Positions 41,436-60,212 are shown, counted from the first letter of the stretch. The stretch is DNA of 64,000 nt from Octopus vulgaris (GCA_951406725.2 OX597819.1:121520001-121584000); one strand, 5' to 3'. The notes: generated by a model from the sequence alone, not told the origin. A program made the numbers and translations.

Positions 41436-41977
41436 ATAGTAAAGAATGAATGTAAGTGAGGCAAAAATACTTCCCATATTTATACTCTAAATCAGAAGCA
41501 ATATGGAAAGTTTTTCTGCCGCATGATGTTATCACAGGTTATTTTTTCTTCCTTTAAAATCATTTTCTTCTTCATATATATGAATGAGTTAGATAATATA
41601 ATAGCCATTTTTAGGATTCTTAATAATTGTATGCGTGTGTGCGTGTGTGTGTGTGTATCTGTCCGTCTGAATGATTTTATTAGAATTTAAAACTTATATA
41701 TTTGTGTGTGTGTGTGTGTGTGTGTGTGTAAGCATGAGTATATACTTGTACACGTCTGTGTATACTTATGTCTATACCCATATATTTGTTTGTGTAAACA
41801 ATATATATATACAGATATATATATATATGATGTGTGTGTGTGTGTGTGTGTGTGTGAGCGTGTGTGTGTTCGTGTGTGTGTGTATATATATCTATATCTA
41901 AATATATATACATACACACATGTATATATATATATATATATATTTAAATTTATGTTTACATCTCTCTGTCTCTCTAG

Positions 41978-42011
<34 letters not shown>

Positions 42012-42541
42012 TATATAAAAGGGCTTAGTAAAATAAATTACTTTGCCACATACTGAACTCATTAGAAATAGTAGCTAAAAAAACTTTTTAAAACTATTTC
42101 TAATACTTAAAGAAAATCTCTCTCATATAGTGTTTGCTCAATTCAACTCACGAAAGTATGGGGGTAAAGACATTAAAAAATCAAATGCAAATATATATAT
42201 ATATATATACATACTTACATGCATACATATATATATGAAGGAAGCGAAATCTATGTCTCAGGATTTATACAAGCTTATGTATCTGTTTATGTGTGCATGA
42301 ATATATCTATGTATATAACCACATAAAGGTGTATAGATATATGTTTAAACACATGCACAGATATAAACCCCTTACATACTCACACACTCGCATATATACA
42401 TACACATACACACAGACAAATACTCAGTCATGCACATATATGCATGCATGAATCTGTCATCTTGCTACTGAAATTGCTGGAAGCAAGAAAAAAAAAAAAT
42501 TAACAAAAGCACGTTTAACGCGTACCCATATCTCTTTCGAC

Positions 42542-42575
<34 letters not shown>

Positions 42576-42627
42576 ATATATATATATATATACACATGCA
42601 TACATGGGTACAAATGCATCTTCACGC

Positions 42628-42669
<42 letters not shown>

Positions 42670-43225
42670 ATAAGGAACAACTTTCAACAAAAGAATTATC
42701 TGGATATACTGCAAATGTTTATGTTATCAAAACATCTCCTACCCTAACAACCACCCGGGTGTATTTTTTTCTTACACATCTCCAGTTTTATTTTATTTAT
42801 ATATATATTTTCCCTTTTGGTTTTGTTGGGGAAATTTTTTTTTTGAACAAAAAAAAACATCTTTTAAATCATTTTATATCATTCTTCCTATCCAAATCAG
42901 CTTATATGGGAATTTTCTTCTATTTCTTATGGTTTCAGCAATAATTGTGTATAATTGTGTATATATTTCAGGAGAAATTGAAAGTTATCTTTTTATTTCT
43001 TTGCTTACATAGGTATATGTTTGTGTACATGTGTGTGTATGTATATATATATATATATATATATACATGTGCTTATGTCATGAAATTTGTATATATGCAC
43101 ATGTATGTTTTTATCTATCTATCTATCTATCTATCTATTTATTTATATATTTAGATATTGAGAAAGCACTCACATACAAACATAAATCTATATATAAAGG
43201 CTTGATGTATATATATGTATGTGAG

Positions 43226-43259
<34 letters not shown>

Positions 43260-43430
43260 AGAGAGAGAGAGAGAGAGAGAGATGGGAGAGAGAAAGAGAT
43301 AAATATAGCTACATATACATATATGCACGTATATATGTGTGTATATATAATAATATATATATATATGCATATGTTTTAATATATATTTTTGCATGCATTA
43401 TATATTTGCCCATTTATGTGTATGCTTTTG

Positions 43431-43464
<34 letters not shown>

Positions 43465-43526
43465 AGAGAGATAGATAGATAGATAGATAGATAGATATAT
43501 AGATATAGATGTATATATATATAGAT

Positions 43527-43574
<48 letters not shown>

Positions 43575-44530
43575 ATATATAGATATAGATATATATGCCT
43601 GGCTGTGTATATGTGTATGTATATACATATATGTATATATTTATATATGTATGTATTTATAAATGTATACACATATACAAATACAAGTACACATACATCT
43701 GCAACAGTTTCTATTCATTTCTCTCAAGTAAACATTCACAACGATCATTGCTTCTGCTCGTATGAATATGAAAAACAACAAAAATACATGTAGCCGTGTC
43801 CATGTCTTTTTATGTATGTGTTTGTGTGTCTCTGCGTGTATATGTGCATATGTGTGTGTGTATCCATAGCTTGCATGTTTGTTTGTGCAATCACATGTGT
43901 CTGTTTATATTTACATGCCCCATTTAACCTATACCCATTGTGTGTGCTTTTATTTTATCATAATTATAAGGGTCTCTCTCTCACTCATTCCCACCTGCGA
44001 TAACTCAATTTCCTTCTCTCTTGCCCTTTCCTACTTCTCTGTTTTGTATCCCACTCTTCTACTTCTCTTATAAATGTTTGCCTCTGTCTGATTATATTTG
44101 AGAAAAAGAATATTTTAATAACAATGAATTTATTTGATTATATAATGTCCAGATCTATTCCTCATATTAGTGTGGTGTCTTCATACTACAATCTCCGAAT
44201 ATAATAGTAAGCGTAGTGTTTTTATATATTTGTATATATATATATATATATACATTTGTCCAGAATCATGCCGGGCATGGAGGAGGAGAGAAAATAGTAA
44301 TTCAGTGAAGGAGAAGTAGTGAGAGTAATAGGCCTGACTGAGAGGGAGTGAGAGATAGTAATAGCATTGAGAGAAAGGAAGCGGGGATAGAGGAATAAGG
44401 AAGGAAGGAAGGAGTGAAAAGAAAATTCAGCATTTCAGCTCTGTGTGAGTATATGTGTGTGTGTGTGTGCACGTACAAGGGAAGTATGTGAATGTTTGTA
44501 TGTGTGATTATTATGCACCTTATTTTGTAG

Positions 44531-44898
44531 TTTATTACCTCTACCTTAGCGAAGGCAGAGGTATTGTTTTCAGTCGTGTTTGTTTGTTTGTCCATGGACA
44601 AGATTTCTCATGAACTGCTGGATGGATTCAGATGAAACTTTCAAAGATGTTTGACCTCATGGCTGGCACAAACTATTTAGATTTTGGAATTGATCCAGTA
44701 CGGGACAAGGATTCTCGATTATTTTTCCTGTTTTTTACTTAATTTTTGAGAGTAGTCAGATTCATCTTCAACATCCTCATTTGTGAGAGGAATCAAGTTT
44801 ATTTCAGTATTCTCATTTTAAAAATCATCTCTGGCTAATCATTGAGAGGACGTTGGTGTCACCTTGGCAGAGGTTTGCCATCTCTGAATGCTCTTGTT
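44531..44898 (+). mobile_element. Helentron-associated (DINE-1-like) non-autonomous element
   Basis: 5' subterminal repeat ACCTCTACC (44537) folds with GGCAGAGGT (44554); (TTTG)n microsatellite; 3' subterminal GGCAGAGGT (44866), then a degenerate short hairpin and T-rich end. Confidence 0.7.
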
Positions 44899-46156
44899 TA
44901 TATATAAAATACTACAATTAACCATCATTATTGATGGCATGTGGTCAGCTCGTCATATATAATGAGTAAACTTTAGAAGTATTCTTCTTGCCAACATGGA
45001 CAAAATCAGGAGATATAGCATACATACAATTATTATAATTTAACAACTCAATTTGTATTACTTATCTCGCCTCTTTCATGCCATGGGCCCAACCCTGGAC
45101 AAGGAATTTGGAATGTAGATTCATATTCATATGAGCGATACTCTGTTATCTACTCTGAGTTTATTTTGCTCCCAGCCACTCATTCAAATATAATTTATAT
45201 CAAAACTCTTTGTGCTTGTACAAAATGACATGATGTTTAGTAAACAAATTACACATGCAAATGTTACCAGTCAAAAGCTGTGCATACCGGAAGCCAGCAA
45301 GTGTATGGGGTCATCATTATAAAAACAAACAAAATATTTATTACCTGTCTTGCATATTACTTGGTGACCCCACTGGTATTGGGGCCATGTAAAAAGCACC
45401 CAGTGCAGTCCGTAAAGTGTTTGGTTTTAGGAAGGGCATCTCGCTCTCGAAACCTTGTCATAGTAGGTATCAGAGCTTAGTACAACCCTTCTGTCAAATA
45501 ATCCAACAATGTCACCACGTGTTTGTGTGTGCGCATGCACATATGAGTGTGTTTGTGTGTGTGTGTATAATATTAATTTTGTATAGTAGTTGCTGCTGAT
45601 TACTTGCTTCGTTATGAACTTCAGATAATTTAGCCATTTGTAAAGACGCAGTTTCATCAGCTGTTTTCTTTCATCTGTATAACTATCAATAATTCTACTA
45701 CAATACTGTACCTCTGTTATATCTTGGGAGGGTCTTTACAACAATAATAACAAACACTCAGTGGCTTAACTTCACTTCTTTATTGTTGGTGCATTGTATA
45801 GTTATTTAACCAAACAACTAATCCATTGTTTGTTTAATCTGTTAGTTATGCAACAAGTTGTTTGTCAAAGTGCTTTCATCATTATTCTTAACCTCATCAG
45901 TGACATGCCCTCTCTCTCTCCTGGAGTTGCTTTGAATCTTGTTTGTTCAGCCAATAGATTGAATAAATGATTGATTAATTGTTTGGTTAGACACTTAACC
46001 AATTAACTAACAATTAAGAAGTGAAAGTGAACCAGTGTGTGTGTTTATCATTATTGGTGTAATGTTTTCCTCGACTGCAAGATACAACAAAATTTGTTTT
46101 AACATATCAGTTCACATTCAGATACTTCCAAGCCAAATAGAAATATGAATTATAAC

Positions 46157-47234
46157 CAGGGCCAGATTAAGGCCCATAGAGAGCCGAAGTACTTCATAAA
46201 TTTTAGTACCTCCATACAAGGGAGTGCTGTAAAGTGACTGATTTTGTGTAAAAAAAAATACAGGAGGATCAGTTAATTAGGATTTTATTCAACATATTCC
46301 ACTCTCAGATTCACACACTTATTGCAAAAGTCCTTCAGTTTTTCTAAAATCTGTAAAAGAACTCAGAAGGTTGGGCCTCAAACCAGGCCTTTCATGATAC
46401 CACTAAAACCATGAACTTAACATTTATAAATAATCTGAAATATAAACAATGATAGACCATAAGACAAATTCTTATGTTTCACTAAGAAATAAAACTAACA
46501 GTAAAATGGGAAATAATATTTATTTATTTTTGTATATTTCCACTTTATTTATATTTGAGAGTCAAAACTATTGAAAAGTTTGCAAGACGCAACGAAAATT
46601 TTAGGAAAATAAAAATAAGAAAAAAAGTGGAAATTTTACCAGTGAGTGTGTTATATTATAAGGCACAAAAAGAAAATGATTCTCCCCAGACACAACAGAA
46701 TATGCTTCAACACACGAATTCATATAAAGAATCTTGCAAACCAAAAGAAAAAAAAAGTGGAAATTTTACTGGTGAGTGTGTTATATTATAAGGCACAAAA
46801 AGAAAATGACTCTCCCCAGACAACAGAATATGCTTCAACACACGAACTCATATAAAGAATCTTGCAGACGAAAAGAAAAAAAAGTGGAAATTTTACCTGT
46901 GAGTGTGTTATATTATAAGGCACAAAAAGAAAATGACTCTCCCCAGACACAACAGAATATGCTTCAACACACGAATTCATATAAAGAATCTTGCAAACCA
47001 AATCCAAAAACGAAATATATTTGAAAAGTTTTCTTCTTTCCTTGAATTGCAAAGTCTTTGATCTGATCTCCACTATTACACCTTGAACACTTTGAAATTA
47101 TATCATTTTAGTGAGTTTAAAGTGATTTCATTTTGTGCTGTAAACCATATACTATTTCTGTGCTCCCCATCCCCAACACTTCTCTCGATGTCCTAAGCAC
47201 GTGCTTATTTCGCTTAATGGTTAATTCAGCACTG
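46157..47234. mobile_element. hAT-type non-autonomous element containing a nested mariner MITE (46215-46418) and a minisatellite
   Basis: TIRs CAGGGCCAGATTAA / TTAATTCAGCACTG; 8-bp flanks ATTATAAC and ACTGTAAG (5/8). Confidence 0.55.
46617..47002. repeat. Tandem repeat, three copies of a ~130-bp unit
   Basis: AAAAGTGGAAATTTTAC...GTGAGTGTGTTATATTATAAGGCACAAAAAGAAAATGA...CATATAAAGAATCTTGCA occurs three times, nearly identical. Confidence 0.95.
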
Positions 47235-47559
47235 ACTGTAAGTGTGGCTTACCAAATTCTGCAGTAACTATTCTCACAACATTACTATTTCCCAAAACTA
47301 TTCAATTATCTACCTGGAATTTACTCCAAACTAACCGATATCAAACAATGGCCTTTATCAGAAATTTGACAGATTAGTCTCTAAGATTTCCAATTAGTTA
47401 TCTTGAATCCAGCTGTTATCAGACTACAACTGTTTCTACCTTGTCAGCAATACATCAACACTGGTAACTTAGCCACACATACACACACACACACGTACAC
47501 ACACACACACACCTACTCATGTGTATGCATACACCTGTGCACACACATTTACTGTTATT

Positions 47560-48090
<531 letters not shown>

Positions 48091-48804
48091 ACTATTAAAA
48101 GCCAAAGCTTTTTAAATCATTTCCAATGTTTGAGTTGAAGCCTCACAAAACTTTTTTTGACAATTCATTGAAATATGATTGGTTAAAAGGACATCAAGAT
48201 TTGATTGGTTGTGAAAGCAAAAACGAAAAAAAATCATGAAATGCCTATATTTTATCTGTTCATTTCCATGTTATTTTCAATGGTTCAGTGTGTTGAGCAA
48301 GAAGAATATGTGATATTTCCATGTGTCTACATGTGCTGAGGAAACATGTGAACAGAGGAAGTAACATTTGTCATTGAAATATAAGTGACAATGAATAAAT
48401 GTGTGTTCTTGAAAAACAGAATGTTGTATTTCTCTGAAAGGCATAGGATACATTTGCTAGAACCAGTAATGTTGTAAGTCATGTGTTCCATATAGACCAA
48501 TCAATCTTATTATTGTTGATAGTTTTATCTTTTAGACTCTAGATATATTTTGGTAATAAAACATTTTCTGAGCATCAGAATGTATATTCATGTTGCAAAA
48601 ATCTCTGCAAGGAAGATTTTAGTTTGATAGACTAATATTTTATAAAACAAATATGCAAATGTAGTGGAGAGGAGAGGATATATTTATCTGTCTATCTATC
48701 TATCTGTCTGGCTCTCTATCTGTCTGTCTATCTATCTATCTGTCTGTCTGTCTATCTATCTGTCTGTCTGTCTGTCTGTCCGTCCGTCTGTCTGTCTTTC
48801 TATC

Positions 48805-48869
<65 letters not shown>

Positions 48870-49243
48870 GTCTGTCTATTCATCTATCTATCTATATATA
48901 ATTTGTGTTATATATATGTTATATGTATTTCATTTTATGCTAAAAATCAGTGGCATTTTTTACACAAATGTAACAAAATACTACACATTGTTCTTAGAGT
49001 AGTGGGATTACTAGGCAGCTAACAGGACTACAAAGCCTGAGAGAAATGTCTCCATTCTAGCAGGGCATGCCCCAGCATGGTCACAGCTTTTGGACTGAAA
49101 TGTATAAAAGAAAAAAAAAGAATATGTGTACGTGGGACTGTGAGTGTGTGTATGTTTGTGTGCTTTTGTTTGGGAAACAAGTGACACTGCCGAAAAAGCA
49201 GTATCATTAATTTCTAATCTTCTGTGAAACCAGTGAGGGTTGT

Positions 49244-49760
49244 GGATGTGAAGGGCTGCCCTCTAGAAAATCTGCCTCAGTGAACTCATGTGAACCTATC
49301 CAAGTATGGAAAGGTGGATGATTGAGGACATGAAGGGCTGCCCACGGTAGAAAATCTGCCTCAGTAAACTCATGTGAACCTATCCAAGTATGGAAAGGTG
49401 GATGGTTGAGGACATGAAGGGCTGTCCACTGTAGAAAATCTGCTTCAGTAAACTCATGTGAACTTATCCAAGTATGGAAAGGTGGATGATTGAGGACATG
49501 AAGGGCTGCCCAATGTAGAAAAGCTGCCTCAATAAACTCATGTGAACCTATCCAAGTATGGAAAGGTGGATGGTTGAGGACATGAAGGGCTGCCCACGGT
49601 AGAAAATCTGCCTCAGTAAACTCATGTGAACTTATCCAAGTATGGAAAGGTGGATGATTGAGGACATGAAGGGCTGCCCAATGTAGAAAAGCTGCCTCAA
49701 TAAACTCATGTGAACCTATCCAAGTATGGAAAAGTTGGATGTTACCATGACAATGATGAT
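49244..49760 (+). repeat. Six-copy 84-bp minisatellite derived from a family R-like 3' segment
   Basis: Unit AGGACATGAAGGGCTGCCCACGGTAGAAAATCTGCCTCAGTAAACTCATGTGAACCTATCCAAGTATGGAAAGGTGGATGGTTG; the last unit ends in the R-type tail GGATGTTA...ATGATGATG. Confidence 0.9.
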
Positions 49761-49949
49761 GGCGATCTTTCATGTTTTATGCACTGGCATCATGTCTTTC
49801 AAGATTCATGCCCCCGTTCTACTCCTGTGAAATACTGCTCAAAGAAATATCCATCATATTGGCTCTTTACATTTATAGAGCTTCTTCAGATATCAGATCA
49901 ATGTACCTAATATATAACTTCATAAGAGAGACTGAGTTTTATTGTTTAT

Positions 49950-49980
<31 letters not shown>

Positions 49981-50219
49981 ATAATTCATTGCTCAATCTG
50001 CGACATAAATTTTAATTCATAACTGTAAATTTTGTACGCTATTTATGTTATTAATGCCTTTTAAGTGCCTCCAGCGATGATCGGTTTTATTTCCACCTAC
50101 TCCTATAAAAATCTTAGACAGTGTTACCATATATACACACATATATACACGAATACATACATGCACATATATTCATAAATGCATAGGTACATACATACAT
50201 ACATACATACATACATACA

Positions 50220-50253
<34 letters not shown>

Positions 50254-50694
50254 CTTATATATATATGTATGTATATTATATGGCATGTGATCCACTGTAA
50301 TTATTGATTGTAAAAGACCTTAAAGATTATAAAAATTAGGAGGAAAAATGGTAATTTCCAGGAATAAAAAAAAAATAGACGCAGAAGAAAAAGATCACCT
50401 AAAACTGAAAAATGGAAGCAGTCATTTGACAAAATGCTGTTGGGTTAGCAGTTACAGATGAAGCGCACCCGCACACTCACACAAACATGCACAGACACAC
50501 ACACATACACACACACACACGAACACATGTGCATGCATGCGCATACAGTCATGCACACTCACAGACACACACACATATATATATATATATTTATATATAC
50601 ATAATATAGACATACATACACATATATATGTATATATATATGTGTGTGTGTGTATATATGCATACACACACATTTATATATATACATACGTATA

Positions 50695-50727
<33 letters not shown>

Positions 50728-50821
50728 ATACTTGAAATATATATATGCACGCATATATATATGCGTGTGTATTATATATGTATAATTATGTATATGTATA
50801 TATGTGTATATATATCTATAT

Positions 50822-50853
<32 letters not shown>

Positions 50854-51230
50854 GTGCATGTGTTACATATATATATATCCACATATGTGTGTGTCTATGT
50901 ATTCACACACACACATACACACACACACACACACACACAGAAACACACATTCATTTCTATATTTTCTTTTTTTTTGTATGTTTTATTTTTCCATTTTGTT
51001 TTTTCAAACAAGAGAATACATTCATGGGTAATTCTACCTTCCTTATGATTAAGATGAAAGCATTCGGTGAGAAATATGATATCATAACGATAACAAGAAT
51101 TATACAATACAATGCTATGTTTTAACAATAAGAAAACAGGAGTGTTGTACATTTATAGGAAAGTATGTCATACATGTACAGACATTATACATATATGCAT
51201 ATGTATATATACATGTGTATATATGTATAT

Positions 51231-51269
<39 letters not shown>

Positions 51270-51312
51270 ATATGTATATGTATATGTATATGTTTGTATA
51301 TGTATATGTTTG

Positions 51313-51347
<35 letters not shown>

Positions 51348-51416
51348 ATATGTATATATATATGTATATTTATATGTGTGTTTGTATATAGGTATATATG
51401 TTTGTATATATGTAAG

Positions 51417-51495
<79 letters not shown>

Positions 51496-52391
51496 ATATA
51501 TATATATATGTTTGTGTATATATATATGTGTGTATATATATATATGTATATATGTGTATGTATATATATATATGTGTGGTGTGTATATATATGTATGCAT
51601 ATGAGAGGAGAGGGAGATTAGGGTCTGACTGACTGCGTTGCCTAATTGAAAATATTGTTGAGAAAAGCAACAACACCCAGAATAATAATGTGTGTAACAA
51701 TTTGTTAGATAAATATATACATAAAATATTAATGGAGAAGCAAAATAAGAATAAAACAAAAAATGTACCAAAAATATATGCAAAGTCAATCTGTATATTA
51801 ATGGTTCGTTACAAAATATCTAACTTGTATGCATCTTTTTTATCATCATTATCATCATCATCACCATCATTCGGCTGTTGTCGTCATCGTTGCCGTTGTC
51901 TGCATTTTTATCCTCATCATCATCATCATCATTCTTCTTCTTCTTCTTCTTCTTCTTCTTCTACTTTTCCTTCTTCTTCTTCTCCTCCGCCTCCTCCTCT
52001 TTCTTTTTCTTCTTCTTCTTCTTCTTCTACTACTTTTCCTTCTTCTCCTTCTTCTCCTCCTCCTCCTCCTCATCATCATCATCATAATGGTTTGTTACAA
52101 AATTTCTAATTTGTACGCATCTTTATCATCATCATCATCATCACTATTTTTGGCAGCTGTCTTTATCTTTGTCATCATCATCATTTCTTCTTCTTCTTCT
52201 TCTTCTTCTTCTTCTTCTTCTTCATCATCATCATCATCATCATCCTTCTTCTTTTCATCATCATCATCATCATTCAAAAATATACTAAAAATATATGCAA
52301 AGTCAATCTGTGATTTTGTATCATTCATACATGTATCAAGTCTTGATTCACTGTAGTAAAGCTCTTTTGTTGCCTCCCTTGTTGGACTATA

Positions 52392-52825
52392 AGGTGATAT
52401 CTATTGGTCCATGGTGTTGTATCTAATGGTCCATGGTGTGATTCTGTTGTGGTGGTGCATCCACCTCCCGGTCATGTCGACCCATGCGGTTCCTCAAAGG
52501 GTGCTCTTCGCCGAGTGTCCGAAGCAACCAATAGATATCCTAATTGGATATCTATTGGTGCATTAGGTGATATCTATTTGTTGATGGGGTGATATCTGTT
52601 GGTTCCATGATGTCATGATGCAATATCTATTGGTACATGAGGTGATATCTATTTTTCATTGGGGTGATATCTTTTGGTGCATGATGTGACATCTATTTAT
52701 CCATAAGGTGGTTCTGGTGTGATATCTATTGGTCCATGACTGATAACAGTTGATTCAAAGTGTGATATCTGTTGGTCCATGGTGTGACATATATTTGTCC
52801 ATGCTCTGATATCTTGTCTATTGGG
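52392..52825. repeat. Degenerate ~21-bp minisatellite (GGTGATATCTATTGGTCCAT) interrupted by a CpG-rich insert and one inverted unit
   Basis: About 14 degenerate units visible; perfect hairpin ACCAATAGATATCC-TAATT-GGATATCTATTGGT at 52527-52559. Confidence 0.85.
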
Positions 52826-53379
52826 TGAATTGGCTTCCAAGGGCCACTCACTAGATACCTGGACACTCGTTAACAAGGAGCCTACATGCAGTCACATGAG
52901 CCCTCAGAAATAACTCACAGTTACTCATTAGTTCATAGCCACTTTTCATCATCATCACCACCACCACCACTAGCACCACCACCACCACCGCCACCATCAT
53001 CGTCATCATTTAATGTCCCCTAATCCATGCTGGCATTGTTTGGAAGGTTCAGCATGAACTGAGGAACAGGGGACTGTACCAAGCTTAAATCTATGTGAGT
53101 GATCTGGACTTAAGTAACAAAATCAAATTTAAGAGCGAAGAATGGTAAAATGTTAACACAACAAACAACTGACTTGTATCCCCCCAAAAAGGGGCGACTC
53201 GACTCAGTAAAGGATTAATGAAAGAAATATTGTTTGTCTTTTGAGATGCACGTTCATGCATATTCTTTAATTTTTTTCAATAGGCTGTGGCCATTCTGGG
53301 GCATCGCCATTAGCATGATTAAATAACATATTTCCCTGCTGAGAATCAAAGCCTGTATGAGCATTTTTTGATAAACAGG

Positions 53380-57890
<4,511 letters not shown>

Positions 57891-57978
57891 ATAATTGCTA
57901 TTATGCAAACGTGTCATAAGTCCAAAACGTTGCTTTTTCAGAAAACGAAAAATAGTTTCACCATTCCATAGCAAAACC

Positions 57979-58045
57979 GTTGTACTACATCTTGGCAATT
58001 ATTGATATGCTGGGCATATCAAAAATTGCCAAGGTGTAGTACAAC
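57979..58045. repeat. Near-perfect 67-nt hairpin (32-bp arms, 3-nt loop)
   Basis: GTTGTACTACATCTTGGCAATTATTGATATGC-TGG-GCATATCAAAAATTGCCAAGGTGTAGTACAAC; two mismatches, one of them U.G. Confidence 0.9.
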
Positions 58046-58743
58046 AGAATGAAAACAAATGAGTTGAATACGCAAACAAAGAGAGGGGAAAATGGAAAAC
58101 AGGACAAGTAAACACAGAGAATGACCCTTTATCAGTTGTCAGCTGACTATCTACTCCTCATTTCAAGCGCTCAATGACAATATGAGTCTTCGATGAATGT
58201 TGCCCCCATAAATTCCAAAATAAAATTTGGGGTTTACGGAGGGTCAAAGTTGTGAACAAAATAACAGGACAGTGGAGACATACAAGGAAACCGAATGGAA
58301 AGAAACATTGAGGATCATTAGACCAGAACGAGGGGAAATGTGCTTATACATGTATGTGTATACACGTAAATGCATACATATATGTATATCTACATATGAG
58401 CACACACACAAGCACACACACACACAAACACACTCACACACATGTAACTGTTGCTAGGTAATGTGAAACTCAAAGCAGATAAACGTGTGAGTATCAACTT
58501 AGTAAATATTAGGCTGAACAATGTCTTTTGATGGGCAAAGTTGAAAGCACATATATTTATTAACTTGTTCAATGATAGTGTTGACAATCATTTCAAAGCT
58601 TCACCTTCCTCACCTTAATTAGGATGTTATATTTAATATACACCAGCTCACAAGCCGCACCCTTTGTGAACACTTAAGCTGGCTCCTGCAAAGAGCTAAT
58701 TGTGCCTGTAGCCCAAAACTAAAGAGAGCTAAATAGCAATATA

Positions 58744-58974
58744 TATTTCTTTACTACCCACAAGGGGCTAAACATAGAGGGGACAAACAAGGACAGACAA
58801 ACAGATTAAGTCGATTACATCGACCCCAGTGCGAAACTGGTACTTTATTTATCGACCCCGAAAGGATGAAAGGCAAAGTCGACCTCGGCGGAATTTGAAC
58901 TCAGAATGTAACGACAGACGAAATACCGCTAAGCATTCCACCCGGCGTGCTAACAATTCTGCCAGCTCGCCGCC
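58744..58974 (-). mobile_element. Young full-length SINE family M with target-site duplication
   Basis: Intact head GGCGGCGAGCTGGCAGAA...GAGTTCAAATTCC, CpGs retained; 15-bp TSD CTAAATAGCAATATA (58729-58743) / CTAAATACCAATATA (58975-58989). Confidence 0.92.
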
Positions 58975-59469
58975 CTAAATACCAATATAATAGTATGTCT
59001 ATAATGACTATATGCCCCGGTGGTGTTTGATCAGAGGTTAAGGACAGATGAGAACTAATTCTGTAATGCAATTAATCTATTATTCCAGTCTCAAGATGAA
59101 TTCCAACTCTTGGCCAATTTGTCCCAAAGTCCTTATTTCGATGTAAAATTAACAAACTGAATGTCATCCATCTCCCCACTTGATCTCTGATGACATCCGA
59201 GAAACGCCAACCAAGATGGCATGTATTTTCCAAGCTTTACCAGCTGGAAATAGCAACCCCATAGGCTTATAAATCAGATCCTAATGCTGGATGTTCAAAA
59301 ACGAAATGACAGGTAGATTTTCAATTCCAGAATCATCCTGATTCCAAAAAGGTATAATATGTCTGTGTAGAGTAAATGTAGACTGAGATACATGAGTCCC
59401 AGACGGACAGACAGAATTTTGCATCTATTATTATACATGTTCTCTTCTAAATGGTATTGAATTGTCCTA

Positions 59470-59539
59470 AGTCACAGGGATGTAAACACACCAACATCGG
59501 TTGTCAAGTGATGGTGGGAGGACAAACAGACACACAAAT

Positions 59540-59574
<35 letters not shown>

Positions 59575-59846
59575 GTTAATCCAAATATGAAAACACAAAT
59601 AGAAAACACAATGCGAGTACATGGAACACTTAGGAAAGTGTTATTGGACACTTAGGAAAGGAAATATATTTATATATATATATGCATATATACGACGGGC
59701 TTCTTTCAGTTTCTGTCTACTCACAAGGCTTTGGTCAACCCGATGTTATAGCAGAAGACACTTGCCCAAGGTGCCCACGCATTGGGACTGAACCGAGAAC
59801 CATGTGGTTGGGAAACAAGTTTCTTATCACACAGCCCAAGCCTGCA

Positions 59847-59848
<2 letters not shown>
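59470..59848 (-). mobile_element. SINE family O with a family A fragment nested in its internal (TA)n linker
   Basis: Family O halves at 59470-59545 and 59690-59848; insert GTTAATCCAAATATGAAAACAC... at about 59575-59662 matches the reverse complement of 20390-20473. Confidence 0.75.
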
Positions 59849-59924
<76 letters not shown>

Positions 59925-59944
59925 TATCTATACGTGTATATCTA

Positions 59945-60000
<56 letters not shown>

Positions 60001-60029
60001 TATCTATATGTGTATATATATATATTGTT

Positions 60030-60212
60030 TGGCAGCAGGTGTTGGTTTGTTTATGTTCCTGTAAAACAGAGGTTCATCAAAAAATATCACTAGACTAAGT
60101 GCTAACCTTTAAAAAGAGATAAGTACCAGGGTTCATTTGTTTGACTAAATCTCTCAAGGTAAAGCTGCAGCATGGCCACAGTCGAGTGACTGAATTAAGT
60201 AAAAGATAAAAG
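60030..60212 (+). mobile_element. SINE family O, degenerate 3' part
   Basis: GATAAGTACCAGGG...CAGCATGGCCACAGTCGAGTGACTGAATTAAGTAAAAGATAAAAG. Confidence 0.65.

Noticed and set aside
46568-46604. Hammerhead-like string CTA-TTGAAAA-GTTTGC-AAGAC-GCAAC-GAAA-AT-TT-TAG
   Set aside because: A-rich with a bulged stem II and 3-bp stem I, inside a hAT-like relic where it also reads as a transposase-like peptide; likely chance
49207-49773. 188-aa ORF with 28-aa repeats as a real protein
   Set aside because: It is the antisense reading of an 84-bp minisatellite derived from a retroelement segment
52392-52825. CRISPR-like appearance of short repeats
   Set aside because: Units are contiguous and degenerate with no regular unique spacers; eukaryotic context and no cas genes
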